From positions 11,484-75,483 of IMG/VR virus record IMGVR_UViG_3300050013_000065: a DNA stretch of 64,000 nucleotides, one strand, 5' to 3'. Positions within the stretch are counted from its first letter, which is position 1; each line of letters starts with the position of its first letter. The position numbers were made by a program, and so were the translations under genes. Of this stretch, positions 63,882 through 64,000 are shown in pieces. Source of the stretch: a virus. The notes under the pieces are model-generated. The model worked only from the letters and a program-made list of their open reading frames with translations. It was not told the origin of the DNA and ran no database searches.

Positions 63882-64000
63882 CTTAAAAATCTTTCCGGAC
63901 CCTAGATAATCATCCATAGGGTCCGTAGTTTTGTGGACACCAATATAATAGCGACCGTTGGTCTTATTGTCCGTACGGTAAATCGTGTAAAGAGTGTCCA

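Noticed and set aside
1-64000. Diversity-generating retroelement, retron or integrase
   Set aside because: No reverse transcriptase or recombinase motifs were seen. The repeats present appear identical, without adenine-specific variation.
1-64000. Host assignment (Acidobacteria-like, from the style of the secreted proteins)
   Set aside because: This is only an impression and cannot be supported without homology or spacer searches.

Overview
This 64 kb window is part of a large tailed dsDNA phage genome, probably podovirus-like. It has a portal, adaptor and nozzle genes and large ejection-type proteins, and I saw no tape measure or tail tube gene. Bases 1-13.2 kb (+ strand) carry replication and accessory genes: primase-helicase, sliding clamp, sigma factor, nucleotide-metabolism enzymes and nucleases. 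Bases 13-62.7 kb (- strand) carry terminase, portal, scaffold, capsid, tail/receptor-binding and ejection genes, and a tRNA cluster occupies 62.8-63.9 kb. Five observations stand out. (1) The major capsid gene (45011-40339, -) is missing from the ORF track because seven group I introns split it into 8 exons. Splicing at U.G-defined 5' sites gives a clean 327-aa N4-gp56-like protein. Three introns encode LAGLIDADG endonucleases with internal promoters, and one appears to end in A rather than G. (2) A 15-bp quasi-palindrome, GTCCAGATAATGGAC, occurs about 38 times (at least 16 exact, counted by eye). It lies in coding sequence in several frames, at gene junctions, and in peripheral stems of 6 of the 7 introns. 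(3) Several tailspike-like proteins carry Sec-type signal peptides. (4) There is a structured intergenic RNA with anti-Shine-Dalgarno loops, plus several non-canonical tRNA-like RNAs. (5) The homing-endonuclease load is very high. All family calls come from motif recognition by eye; no database searches were run.
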